Shown: one piece after another, positions 17,386 through 26,210 of the stretch
Position numbering within the stretch: the stretch's first letter is position 1
Layout of the letters: each line of letters begins with the position of its first letter
Source of the DNA: a virus
Taxonomy: Duplodnaviria; Caudoviricetes
DNA length: 26,853 nt
Direction: 5' to 3' (one strand)
Virus record (IMG/VR): IMGVR_UViG_3300020045_002589
Span: 1-26,853 of that record
The notes under the pieces: generated by a model
Databases searched by the model: none
Told to the model about the DNA's origin: nothing
What the model saw: only the letters and a program-made list of their open reading frames with translations
Translations under genes and position numbers: made by a program

Positions 17386-17415
17386 AGTGGGTAGTTATTA
17401 GCTGCCCACTCCTTT
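17386..17415 (+). terminator. Stem-loop after the coat gene (weak terminator or mRNA stabiliser)
   Basis: Stem AGTGGGTAGTT / AGCTGCCCACT with a poor U-tract (CCTTT). Confidence 0.5.
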
Positions 17416-17434
17416 CCATTCTTGAGGAACTACC

Positions 17435-17647
17435 ATGTTGAAATCTGATATAATCAAAGCAAGAGCTGTCGGTGGCAGACCAAAAGCTAAAGCTACTACA
17501 GTCAAGTCTGCCCCTGTTAAACCAACTGTACGCACGAAACCTACCGTTAAGGCAGTTAATAAATTAATGGGTGCTAAGCCTGTAACCGTTATTGTTGTTG
17601 GCAAGCCTAGTAAATCCAGTAAAGGCAAACCTAAGTCTAAATGCTAG
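17435..17647 (+). CDS. Small, very basic Lys/Pro/Val-rich protein (histone-tail/H1-like composition)
   Basis: GAGG SD. 70 aa with 16 Lys, 3 Arg and 1 Asp. Bounded by a hairpin and a terminator. Confidence 0.7.
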   Translation: MLKSDIIKARAVGGRPKAKATTVKSAPVKPTVRTKPTVKAVNKLMGAKPVTVIVVGKPSKSSKGKPKSKC

Positions 17648-17679
17648 ACTAGAACTACGTTCTGGTAGCTAAATAAAGT

Positions 17680-17709
17680 AAAGGGAGGCTACTAATGTCT
17701 CCCTTTTTT
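17680..17709 (+). terminator. Intrinsic terminator
   Basis: Stem AAAGGGAGGC / GTCTCCCTTT followed by a T-run. Confidence 0.8.
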
Positions 17710-17738
17710 GTATCAAGTATCTTGTTGGAGATAGTAAG

Positions 17739-18380
17739 ATGAAGAATAATGCTACGAAGATATACGGTTTAAGGAGCGAGAGGGATTCTATCATTACCAG
17801 TACCTTACAGGTTGGGCAGATATTCCATGAACTTGATTCCTGCACTGAATATGAATGGGACTCTGTTAGATGGGTTAAGTCTAGTGAACCATGCTTAGGT
17901 ATCCCACTTAGGAAGTTCCTAACACAGTCATTTGATGGTTTAGGAGTTTATAATCTACGGGGTAATTACCCAGTAGCTACTAACTTTGGCTATACAGTAG
18001 TCGGAACACCTTACACACTCCATTCATTACTATTCACAATAACTGACAATGCAACCTTTAATGCGCTAGACTATGGCGGCATAGTTGATGGCTTAACTAA
18101 TGGAATTTCCCTTTGGTTCAAGCCTTTAGCTGGAACACCAATTCCCTTAGTCTTCAATAATCCAATTAAATACAACTATGAGTGGTTTACCCATGTTGCG
18201 GATACGAGTCTTTCTACCTTCGCTGGCGGTACACAAACATTGGTTATTCCTTTGGATATTATTGATGATTATGGTGTCCCATTAACTATGTTAGTTGGGG
18301 ATAGTATCTATGTAACATTAAACGACAACTTTACTAATCTAATCTCTCATACCTTTGGTATCAGAGGAACAAGTCACTAA
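17739..18380 (+). CDS. Putative minor virion (head fibre/decoration-like) protein
   Basis: N-terminal GQIFHELDS..EYEWD...W resembles small trimerisation/attachment modules; the rest is beta-rich. Lies between coat and adaptor; SD TTGGAG. Confidence 0.55.
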   Translation: MKNNATKIYGLRSERDSIITSTLQVGQIFHELDSCTEYEWDSVRWVKSSEPCLGIPLRKFLTQSFDGLGVYNLRGNYPVATNFGYTVVGTPYTLHSLLFTITDNATFNALDYGGIVDGLTNGISLWFKPLAGTPIPLVFNNPIKYNYEWFTHVADTSLSTFAGGTQTLVIPLDIIDDYGVPLTMLVGDSIYVTLNDNFTNLISHTFGIRGTSH

Positions 18381-18390
18381 GGAATTTCCA

Positions 18391-19059
18391 ATGACAACAG
18401 CTAACAATATAATTACTTTAGCCCTTAAAGACTGCGGTGTGGTGGGTGAAGGCGAGACACCATCTTCGGAGACTATTAATGATGCACTAACTACCCTTGT
18501 TGGTATGTTGGACTTATGGCAAGTTGATGGTTTAATACCTTTTGCAGAAGTCTTGCAAAACTTAACTGTTAATGGAGCAGCTTCATATAATCTAACTATC
18601 CCGTATGGAGTGCAATTCATTGTCTACACACCTGATGGTTCTGCTAAGTATCCTCTTAGAGATATTACATTGGAAGAGTTTAGCTCTCTTAGCTTTCCAC
18701 TAACAACAGGGATACCTACTAGATATACATACTCTGTAGGAGCTACCAGTGGAACACTAAAGTTATACCCAAATCCTTCTTCTGGAACTATCCAATACGG
18801 GGTTACAACGGACTTAACAACTGCATTGGGACTTACTGTTGATGTTCCAGTTCCTAAGGCTTATGTGCAAGCTATTAGATTTAATCTAGCAGTCTTACTT
18901 GCTACTACCTTTGGTGTTGCGGCTAGACCTGATATAGCTGCTATTGCTAGTGCTTCCTTAGGGATTCTTAAACGCGCTAATCTTAAGCAAAAGAGGTTAG
19001 CTAACACTATCCCAACAAGTAGCACTATATATTCTTTTAATATCTTCCAAGGAGCTTAA
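18391..19059 (+). CDS. Head-to-tail adaptor (P22 gp4-like)
   Basis: MTTA..II..AL...GV...GETPS.....DAL..L..ML..W and P..Y..AI..NLAV.L...FG. AGGA SD precedes ATG 18391. Confidence 0.8.
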   Translation: MTTANNIITLALKDCGVVGEGETPSSETINDALTTLVGMLDLWQVDGLIPFAEVLQNLTVNGAASYNLTIPYGVQFIVYTPDGSAKYPLRDITLEEFSSLSFPLTTGIPTRYTYSVGATSGTLKLYPNPSSGTIQYGVTTDLTTALGLTVDVPVPKAYVQAIRFNLAVLLATTFGVAARPDIAAIASASLGILKRANLKQKRLANTIPTSSTIYSFNIFQGA

Positions 19060-19060
19060 G

Positions 19061-20437
19061 ATGGCAACTAAATTAGACTTGTTTGGGACTAATGCTTCTG
19101 AGAGATTCCCTAAGACTGGTTCTGCTAAGTTAGTTAATATGTACTTGGAGAATACAGAAGATATGGGTGTGGTAGCTCTCCAACGTACAGGCTACACTGA
19201 GTGGCTTAATATGGGTGAAACACCTATACGGGGTATTAGAACTATTAATAGTAAGTTATACTTTATCCATCTTGATAATCTTTATGTTTGTTCAACTGAT
19301 AAGAGTACAGTTAATCTTGGTAAGGTTGATACGAGTAGTGGTAGAGTAGCTATGACAGATAATGGTGTGCAATTATTTATAGCTACCAGCGGTTCAGGAT
19401 ATATACTTACTCTAGCGACTAATGCCTTAACTAAGATAGTTGCCGCTGGCTACCCTAATGGTACTACTGCTCAGTTCAATGCTGGTTACTTTCTTGCAGT
19501 TAAACCTAATAGTATGCAGTTCTTTATTAGCTCCCTCTATGATGGCACAACTTGGGATGCCTTGGACTTTGCATCGGCAGAGGCTAACCCAGATAGCTTA
19601 GTAACAAGTGTAATTAGTAATGGCTTAGCTATTATGTTTGGAACACAAACTACCGAGTTCTGGGCAAACAATGGTAATGGTAGCTTTCCTTATGCACCAA
19701 GTGGCTTAGCTGCTGAATGGGGACTTGCAGCTCGTTGGAGTCTTAGTAAGTTCGATAGTTCACTGGTGTACCTTGCAAGGAACTCCTTAGGGGAAGTACA
19801 GATAGTTCGTTTGGATGGTTATAAGCCTACAAGGATTTCCTCTACGGCTATTGAAGCTATTATTAATAGTTTCTCAGAAGTTACTGATGCGGTGGGTTTA
19901 TCCTACCTTCATGCTGGACACCCTTTCTATCAGATAAGTTTCCCAACTGTTGCTAGAACCTTTTGCTATGATGGGCTTACTAATCTATGGTCAGAGATAA
20001 CTTCCTTTGGATTGACACGTTCGTTAGTTGACCAAGCTATTACTTGGGAAGGTAATACCTATTTTACTGATTATCGTAGGGCAATAATTTACAAACTAGA
20101 TGCTACTTCTTCTAAGGATGGGGCATTGCCTATTATTGGCTCAATTGTTAGTAAGCAGCTAAAGCCAACAGGAGATATTTTCAGTGTTAATAGTGTTAAG
20201 GTAGAGTTTGCGGCTGGACTTATTGCAAGCAATACTGAGAATCCTCAGATTAGTCTTAGTGTGTCTAAGGATGGTGGTAATACTTGGAGTAATACGCTAA
20301 TGCGTCCAATGGGAAAGGTTGGTGAGTATTTAACAAGTGCTAAATGGGCTAGACTTGGAAGTGGAAGAATGTTTACTTTCAAGATAAGTATCTCGGATGC
20401 TGTTGATAAGGCTATTATTGCCGCTTATGTTGAGTAA
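19061..20437 (+). CDS. Packaged-DNA stabilisation / tail hub protein (P22 gp10-like)
   Basis: GRVAMTDNG.QL, FASAEANPD, FG..TTEFW.N.G, Y..AGH.FY.ISFP, S.DGG.TWS and W.RLG.GR. Confidence 0.9.
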   Translation: MATKLDLFGTNASERFPKTGSAKLVNMYLENTEDMGVVALQRTGYTEWLNMGETPIRGIRTINSKLYFIHLDNLYVCSTDKSTVNLGKVDTSSGRVAMTDNGVQLFIATSGSGYILTLATNALTKIVAAGYPNGTTAQFNAGYFLAVKPNSMQFFISSLYDGTTWDALDFASAEANPDSLVTSVISNGLAIMFGTQTTEFWANNGNGSFPYAPSGLAAEWGLAARWSLSKFDSSLVYLARNSLGEVQIVRLDGYKPTRISSTAIEAIINSFSEVTDAVGLSYLHAGHPFYQISFPTVARTFCYDGLTNLWSEITSFGLTRSLVDQAITWEGNTYFTDYRRAIIYKLDATSSKDGALPIIGSIVSKQLKPTGDIFSVNSVKVEFAAGLIASNTENPQISLSVSKDGGNTWSNTLMRPMGKVGEYLTSAKWARLGSGRMFTFKISISDAVDKAIIAAYVE

Positions 20438-20442
20438 TTAAG

Positions 20443-21843
20443 ATGGAAAAGACCTTTGAACTAACGAGTCGGCAGAAAGAAGCAAATGAAGTTCTGGCTG
20501 GTATTGCTACACATGAGATGTTGTTCGGGGGTAGCCGTAGTGGTAAGACTTTCCTTATCTGTCGGAACATAGTGTTAAGGGCGTTGCTTGCTCCAACAAG
20601 TCGGCATGGTATCTTTCGTTACCGTTATAATGCTATTAGAAGTAGTATCATGATGGATACTATGCCTAAGGTATTTAAACTCTGCTTTCCTAATGTAACT
20701 TATGAGCTTAATAAGACTGAGGGGATATTCTACCTTCCTAATGGGAGTAGTATTGTACTTGGGGGGTTAGATGATGGTCAGAGAGTTGAGAAACTACTTG
20801 GCTTAGAGTTTGCTACTTTGTATCTTAATGAGACAAGTCAGATACCTTTCTCTTCAAGGAACTTAATTGTAACAAGATTGGCACAGAAGGTAGTTAAGCT
20901 TGATGGAACTGTCTTAACGCCAAGGATGTATTATGATGCTAATCCGCCTAGTAAGAGTCATTGGACATATAAGATGTTTGTGCTTAAAATAGACCCTGAG
21001 AGTAAGCGTCCTTTACCTAATCCAGATGATTATTCTTCCTTTCAGATTAATCCCGCCGATAATACTGCCAATGTTTCAGAAGGGTATTTGAATATTCTTA
21101 AGGGAATGAGTAGTAAGATGCAGAAGAGATTCTTACTTGGGGAGTTTAGTGATGAAGGGTTAGATACGTTGTTTAAGGAAGATAACCTAGCTAGGAATAA
21201 TGTAACTATTGATGAACTACCAGAGTTCACTAGGGTAGTTATTGCAGTAGACCCTAGTGGTGTTAGTGACTCTGAGAGTAAGGGTGATGCTATTGGGATT
21301 ATTGTAGCTGGACTTGGTACGGATAAGTTAGCTTATATATTAAAGGATGCGACTATTAAGGCTTCGCCAGCGGTGTGGGGTCAGTTGGTAACAGATGTTT
21401 TTGATGAATATGAGGCTGACTTAGTTGTTACGGAGATAAACTATGGTGGTGCTATGGTTAAGAATGTACTACGGGCAAGCCGTAGTAACTTACCGATTAA
21501 AGTAACTACAAGTACAAGAGGGAAACACTTAAGGGCGGAACCAGTGGCAACATTGTATGAACAAGATAAGGTTAAACATCTTACTAACCCAGCCAACGGT
21601 GTAGAAGGGGGATTATTTGAACTAGAAGAAGAGCTTCTTGGGTTCACCAGCACAGGGTACACTGGGGAAAGAAGTCCTAATAGGGCAGATGCACTCGTCT
21701 TTGTAGTAACTGAGTTGTTTAATGATATTATTACCCCACCAAGAAGTCCAAGAGACGGGGCTACCGCTGGTAGTGAAAATGGTGGTATTTTGGTCGGGCA
21801 AAGTGCGGGGAGAAGACGGGGGAAAAAGATGGGGAATTGGTGA
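20443..21843 (+). CDS. terL: Terminase large subunit
   Basis: Q motif (LTSRQ), Walker A GGSRSGKT, Walker B variant LYLNE, coupling motif DANP, nuclease motifs IAVDP, E.NYGG, GK..RAEPV and SPNRADA. Confidence 0.93.
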   Translation: MEKTFELTSRQKEANEVLAGIATHEMLFGGSRSGKTFLICRNIVLRALLAPTSRHGIFRYRYNAIRSSIMMDTMPKVFKLCFPNVTYELNKTEGIFYLPNGSSIVLGGLDDGQRVEKLLGLEFATLYLNETSQIPFSSRNLIVTRLAQKVVKLDGTVLTPRMYYDANPPSKSHWTYKMFVLKIDPESKRPLPNPDDYSSFQINPADNTANVSEGYLNILKGMSSKMQKRFLLGEFSDEGLDTLFKEDNLARNNVTIDELPEFTRVVIAVDPSGVSDSESKGDAIGIIVAGLGTDKLAYILKDATIKASPAVWGQLVTDVFDEYEADLVVTEINYGGAMVKNVLRASRSNLPIKVTTSTRGKHLRAEPVATLYEQDKVKHLTNPANGVEGGLFELEEELLGFTSTGYTGERSPNRADALVFVVTELFNDIITPPRSPRDGATAGSENGGILVGQSAGRRRGKKMGNW

Positions 21844-21904
21844 TTTCATCGGTGAGGGGGGTTTGTGGTGGTATTTTTTTTCATACTGGAAAGGCTGTTT
21901 ATAG

Positions 21905-21928
21905 GGAATTATCAGAAAAAAGATTCCA
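21905..21928 (-). repeat. 24-bp inverted repeat, copy B
   Basis: GGAATTATCAGAAAAAAGATTCCA is the exact reverse complement of 10153-10176. Confidence 0.95.
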
Positions 21929-21952
21929 ATTTATATTCCACTGTGTTACAAT
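21924..21952 (+). promoter_or_regulatory. Putative promoter of the helicase gene; its -35 overlaps the inverted repeat
   Basis: TTCCAA (21924-21929), 17 nt, TACAAT (21947-21952), with extended -10 TG. Confidence 0.55.
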
Positions 21953-21996
21953 AGACCCGTAGTAGAGATTTCCTCTACCCCCATTGGGAGCCATTC

Positions 21997-23823
21997 ATGA
22001 ACACAACCGACAACATTCAAATTATCCATGCAGGAAGTAACACTTACCTAAGTGACTTCATGGATGACCTACCAAACAATGTTATTCTTAATAAAGTAAC
22101 TACTGGTTCAGGTATGACAACCTTAGCATTAACTAACCCTGTTAAGTATGTCATCACAGTTCCCTATGTTAATATTATTCTAAGTAAGTTAGCAAATAAT
22201 GTCCTAAGTGTCTACGCAGAAGCTGATAGTGGCATAACCTATGATGATATTCTTAACTACCAAGGTGATAAAATCATCTGCACTTATGACTCCTTACCAA
22301 AGGTAACAGCCGCCTTAGCAGAACGTGGAGACCTTAAGTCATGGAAACTCCTTATTGATGAATGTCAGAAACTTGTTGATGCAGGTTCTTTCAGAGCTAA
22401 AGCTATTAAAGGAGTATTAACTTCCTATCCAACCTACGGCAGTTATGTCTTTGGAACAGCTACCCCTATTAAAGATGAGTTCCAACTACCTGAACTACGC
22501 AGTATCCCAAAGATTACTGTTGCTTGGGAAGGTTTAACCCCTGTTAATGTCAGACATACTTTCTACCCTAATAAATTAATGGAAGTAGTAGCTACTATTG
22601 CAAGAAACTATCTTGAAAACAACTCTACCGACAATGCCCATATCTTCCTCAACTCTGTCACAGACATTATTAAGGTTATTAGGTATCTTAAGGCAGGTTT
22701 CCCAACCTTACATGATAACTTGCGTATTGTCTGTGCGGATAATGAATACAATGTAGCTAAGATACCTGCTATGCTTGGTACTAAATACTCCCTTGCACCA
22801 ATTAACTCTCTTGTTAAGAAACTTAACTTCTACACTGCAACTGCCTTTGAAGGTTGTGACATCTTTGATACCAATGGTAAGACATTTATTATCAGTAATG
22901 GTAGCCGTGACCATGCAAAGATTGACATTTTAACAACTCTCCCACAGATTATTGGACGTATTCGTAACAGTATTTACAAGAATGAAGTTGAACTTATCTA
23001 CTCCGCAAGTAGTTACACTTCCCATGTTACTCAAGAAGAGTTCAGTGCTTGTGTTAAGGATAATCTTGCCAAAGCTGCCCAAAGTGTGGCTGACTACTAC
23101 AATGTCTCACCTGATACTCAGAAACTTATCAGAGAAGGAGCAAGTACAAACAATTATCTCCTTGTCGATGGAACTTCCATTGAGGTTAATAGCACTGCTT
23201 GGTACTCTGAAATGAATGCTTTCCATACCTTACGGGAACTTTATTATGTTAATAAGAGCAATACTGTCTTTGGTACTACCAATGCAAGCCTACTTGTTAA
23301 TGGGAAGGTTTTCAACTATGCCAAGCAAGAAGTCATTGAGATTAAAGGACTTAACAAGGCTAAGTTAGGTAAAGTACCTAAATACAGTGACCTTTGTAAA
23401 GAATATATTGCCTTGCTGGAACTACCAACCAGTGCAGAAGTACAGCGTCAACTCCATAGCATTGAAGTTCTTGAACCCTCCATCAAGCAAGCCTATAAGG
23501 AACTTGGTAAGGAGAAGATGAAAGCCCTAGGATTCACTAAGAAGTATTTTGTTAAAGAGACTAATACACAGGTTAGGTTTCAAAGCCAAGGTAGTCAGAT
23601 AGGAACTATGTTACAGTTACAAACTGGTAAGTTCTACCCAGCTAAGGAACTAAAAGAGACTTTACAAGCTGCTTATGATAAGGTTGGTTTGGTAAAGCCT
23701 GCCAAGGCTACCGACATTAGCACATGGTATGTTACGAAAAAGCAATCTATCCGTGTAGTAGGTATTAAAACGGCGGGTATCACCATTATTGCTCCAAAAA
23801 GTTCATTAACATTTACCCTTTAA
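21997..23823 (+). CDS. Superfamily 2 (DExx-box) helicase-like protein, possible origin-binding/replication protein
   Basis: Motif I variant TGSGMTT, Ia VP, II LLIDECQ, III GTATP, V TATAFEGCDI and VI QIIGRIR, plus a basic C-terminal domain. Confidence 0.8.
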   Translation: MNTTDNIQIIHAGSNTYLSDFMDDLPNNVILNKVTTGSGMTTLALTNPVKYVITVPYVNIILSKLANNVLSVYAEADSGITYDDILNYQGDKIICTYDSLPKVTAALAERGDLKSWKLLIDECQKLVDAGSFRAKAIKGVLTSYPTYGSYVFGTATPIKDEFQLPELRSIPKITVAWEGLTPVNVRHTFYPNKLMEVVATIARNYLENNSTDNAHIFLNSVTDIIKVIRYLKAGFPTLHDNLRIVCADNEYNVAKIPAMLGTKYSLAPINSLVKKLNFYTATAFEGCDIFDTNGKTFIISNGSRDHAKIDILTTLPQIIGRIRNSIYKNEVELIYSASSYTSHVTQEEFSACVKDNLAKAAQSVADYYNVSPDTQKLIREGASTNNYLLVDGTSIEVNSTAWYSEMNAFHTLRELYYVNKSNTVFGTTNASLLVNGKVFNYAKQEVIEIKGLNKAKLGKVPKYSDLCKEYIALLELPTSAEVQRQLHSIEVLEPSIKQAYKELGKEKMKALGFTKKYFVKETNTQVRFQSQGSQIGTMLQLQTGKFYPAKELKETLQAAYDKVGLVKPAKATDISTWYVTKKQSIRVVGIKTAGITIIAPKSSLTFTL

Positions 23824-23833
23824 CAAGCAAACC

Positions 23834-23861
23834 AAGGGTAGACTGGCTTGCCGCTACCCTT
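23834..23861 (+). terminator. Stem-loop after the helicase gene
   Basis: Stem AAGGGTAG / CTACCCTT with a weak U-tract. Confidence 0.45.
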
Positions 23862-23882
23862 ACTTAATCTCTGGAGAATCCA

Positions 23883-24038
23883 ATGAATACTTTCAGCAAT
23901 CAACCACTTAATCCCTACGCTACCCCACATATAAGCCCCTTAACTGGGAATGATAGAACGAAGACTGCACTAGCCTTCATGCTAATCAAGGAAAACTTTG
24001 TTAGAAATAGTAAAGTTTTCCTTGCTAATATTCCGTAA
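23883..24038 (+). CDS. Small hypothetical protein, 51 aa, not in the ORF track (MNTFSNQPLNPY...LANIP)
   Basis: Translated by hand. Its SD context TGGAGAATCC is the same as that of the next gene. Confidence 0.5.
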   Translation: MNTFSNQPLNPYATPHISPLTGNDRTKTALAFMLIKENFVRNSKVFLANIP

Positions 24039-24050
24039 GTTAGTTACAAT
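24022..24050 (+). promoter_or_regulatory. Putative sigma70 promoter
   Basis: TTGCTA (24022-24027), 17 nt, TACAAT (24045-24050). Confidence 0.55.
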
Positions 24051-24105
24051 AGCCAATCAGTTGCGAAAACTGAATCCCCTTAAACAAAGTCTCTTGGAGA
24101 ATCCC

Positions 24106-24630
24106 ATGACAACTGTAAACAAACAACGCATTAGAAGATTAACAGTAGCACAAATAGTCCGTGAAGATAAACTTGTCTTAGAAGTTGATGTTATTGATAC
24201 TGGCAGCTTAATCTTGGAATTGTCTCTTAATGATATTAGTCCAGAGTTCCTGCATAAGTTAGCCTTACGCGGTATTGCGTCATTTGTTCAAGACCGTACT
24301 GCAAAAGTAACTGAATTAGGGGAACTTCCAGCCGCCATTGCTCAGATTTTTAATGCTATTAAGGATGAGACTATTTTTAATAGCGTAAGAACTAGTAAAA
24401 CCAGTGTTGAACTTCCTAAATTCGTTGAAGCTATACTGGTTAGAGACCAAGTTAATAACAAGGACTTAGTTATAAGACAGGAAGCCTTACTTCATTGGGA
24501 AGCTTTAACGGAGATTGAGAAGAAAGCACTACGAGCTGATAAAGAACTACGCTCTTTGGTTGCTATTGCTAATGGTGAAGCTGCTAAGGAGAGACTGGGT
24601 ATTCAAGGAACAATAGACTTTACAAAGTAA
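24106..24630 (+). CDS. Hypothetical protein
   Basis: SD TTGGAG precedes ATG 24106 (MTTVNKQRIRRL); ends at a terminator. Confidence 0.75.
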   Translation: MTTVNKQRIRRLTVAQIVREDKLVLEVDVIDTGSLILELSLNDISPEFLHKLALRGIASFVQDRTAKVTELGELPAAIAQIFNAIKDETIFNSVRTSKTSVELPKFVEAILVRDQVNNKDLVIRQEALLHWEALTEIEKKALRADKELRSLVAIANGEAAKERLGIQGTIDFTK

Positions 24631-24660
24631 GAATAAAGTAAGTAAACAAAATAAATCATT

Positions 24661-24701
24661 AGAAGGGAAGATAGTTAATAAACCTATCTTCCCTTTCTTT
24701 T
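24661..24701. terminator. Bidirectional intrinsic terminator
   Basis: Stem AAGGGAAGATAG / CTATCTTCCCTT between convergent genes, with a T-rich tail. Confidence 0.8.
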
Positions 24702-24703
24702 GT

Positions 24704-24928
24704 CTAAGACTTTAGTAAATCTGCCCAGTCTGTAGGAAGATAGTTAGCTACTGAACAATTTATCCCAGTCTTTGTATGATAGATATAACCACAGGTAATA
24801 TAACCCTTACTATCCTTTAGTAATAAATGAGTTCCACTAGGAGCGGTAGCTATAGCTTTCCAAGGCATTAAAGCCCATAAGAGTTTAAGAAATATTTTGT
24901 TAACTTTAGTTAGTGTTTTATTGTTCAT
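24704..24928 (-). CDS. DUF551-like small phage protein
   Basis: WKAIATAP.G..LL ... PTDW..L pattern; AGGAG SD. Confidence 0.55.
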   Translation of the reverse strand: MNNKTLTKVNKIFLKLLWALMPWKAIATAPSGTHLLLKDSKGYITCGYIYHTKTGINCSVANYLPTDWADLLKS

Positions 24929-24938
24929 TTGTGTTCTC

Positions 24939-26054
24939 CTAGATTGTTAGAAAGTTAGTTAATAAGGCATCTAACCTAGTCTTAGTAAGCCCCACCCTAA
25001 GCTCTCCGAAGTAAAGCATTTCTAATAAAGGATGGAAGTAAGAATCATCGTTAGCTATCTTATTATTTAATTTCTTAGTCTCACTATCAACTTCTTTAAC
25101 TAAACTCTTACCAAGTTTGGTCTTAAAATGCTCATTATTTCCTACTTTAGACTCCCAAGTAGTAATAGCATCTAACTCCTCTAGCACTGTAGCTTCTGTA
25201 AAGGCTACATAGTATCCAGTAAGTATATCAGAGTATCCTAGATTCTCTTCAAGCAACTTCTTAAGCTCCCTTCTTTCTGGAACTGTCATTGTAAAGTCAT
25301 TCTTAATCTTACCCTTCCCCCTATTTGACAATTCCTTAAAGAAGTTATCCTTAATTAGATTGTGATGGGCAATTTCGGAGTTAGTTAATGCTACTGGATG
25401 TTTTACTTTACCAAAGTCACTTTTAACCATCCTAACTAACTCTTTTCTGTAATGTTGGATAACCTTTTTACTTCTTAAACTATCCAAGAGTGTTGCCCTA
25501 ACCTCATTACTTGTTGCATATTCTTCCTTAAGGAATACATCAAGAGTACAGTAATCAATTCCTTCCGCTATAAGAAACTCTCTTATTGGATTTCTATCCG
25601 ATAGTTTACTATCTTTTAAATTACGTCTATCATATCGGTATTGTTCTGGTACATAACCACAGATTTCAAGAATGTCAGAAGTGAATAGAAAGGTTTCAAT
25701 AAGTTCAGGGCATTTCTCAACTCTAGTAAATCGATGTGTGTCCTTATGTTCCATGAAATAGTTAAGAAGAAGTTTAGCACTATTAGTTGTGTGTTGTTCT
25801 TTGAAGAGTTTATCTAATTGGAGGGTATTGAAGATTTCAACTACTTTATAAGAGTAACCGATTGTTTCAAGGGTAAAGTAAGTATTCCAGACTTTACGCT
25901 GGGCAACTTTACTTTTACTGGTAAGCATTTCGCAACCAAGAGTATCACAGAGTTGTTTGTAGGAATAAGTAGTTCCAACCTTTAAGTGTTGTACTCTTTC
26001 AGCTAGATAAGAGGGTCTATGGTCAATTGGGGTTCTTGTTGCTTTAAGGGTCAT
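24939..26054 (-). CDS. Putative DNA-binding/replication-initiator-like protein
   Basis: N-terminal LKVG...SYKQLC..LG.....KSK.AQ.K.W..YF..E..G..Y.V.EIF looks winged-helix-like, and the gene abuts the palindrome-rich non-coding region. Function is inferred. Confidence 0.55.
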   Translation of the reverse strand: MTLKATRTPIDHRPSYLAERVQHLKVGTTYSYKQLCDTLGCEMLTSKSKVAQRKVWNTYFTLETIGYSYKVVEIFNTLQLDKLFKEQHTTNSAKLLLNYFMEHKDTHRFTRVEKCPELIETFLFTSDILEICGYVPEQYRYDRRNLKDSKLSDRNPIREFLIAEGIDYCTLDVFLKEEYATSNEVRATLLDSLRSKKVIQHYRKELVRMVKSDFGKVKHPVALTNSEIAHHNLIKDNFFKELSNRGKGKIKNDFTMTVPERRELKKLLEENLGYSDILTGYYVAFTEATVLEELDAITTWESKVGNNEHFKTKLGKSLVKEVDSETKKLNNKIANDDSYFHPLLEMLYFGELRVGLTKTRLDALLTNFLTI

Positions 26055-26079
26055 GGGAGTCTCCGATTAGTGAGTTCTA

Positions 26080-26108
26080 ATTATGGACTATTTTGGGACT
26101 AAAAGCAA
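26080..26108 (-). promoter_or_regulatory. Putative leftward promoter of the Rep-like gene
   Basis: Minus strand TTGCTT, 17 nt, CATAAT; two GGACTA repeats fall within it. Confidence 0.6.
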
Positions 26109-26130
26109 ATTATAGGCAAGGGTGATATTC

Positions 26131-26182
26131 TAGGACTATTCGACTCTATACATGAGAGAGTATATACAGTCGAATAGTCTTA
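26131..26182. repeat. Palindrome 1 of the non-coding control region
   Basis: GACTATTCGACT (26134-26145) and AGTCGAATAGTC (26168-26179) form perfect 12-bp arms. Confidence 0.9.
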
Positions 26183-26196
26183 AAAAATTCCCCCTG

Positions 26197-26210
26197 AAAT
26201 CAATAACTTA
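26197..26210 (+). promoter_or_regulatory. IHF consensus site 1
   Basis: AATCAATAACTTA fits WATCAANNNNTTR; an identical 14-mer is at 26359. Confidence 0.7.

Noticed and set aside
12091-18620. Minus-strand ORFs within the portal, scaffold, coat, basic-protein and adaptor genes
   Set aside because: Antisense shadows of strong structural genes, with no independent evidence.
20815-20840. TerL Walker B LYLNE as evidence of inactivation
   Set aside because: All other ATPase and nuclease motifs are intact and I recall NE variants in other terminases, so there is no reason to call a pseudogene.
21042-23215. Short ORFs overlapping terL and the helicase (21042, 21441, 21622, 21722, 22708, 22952)
   Set aside because: They overlap conserved genes and have no recognisable features.
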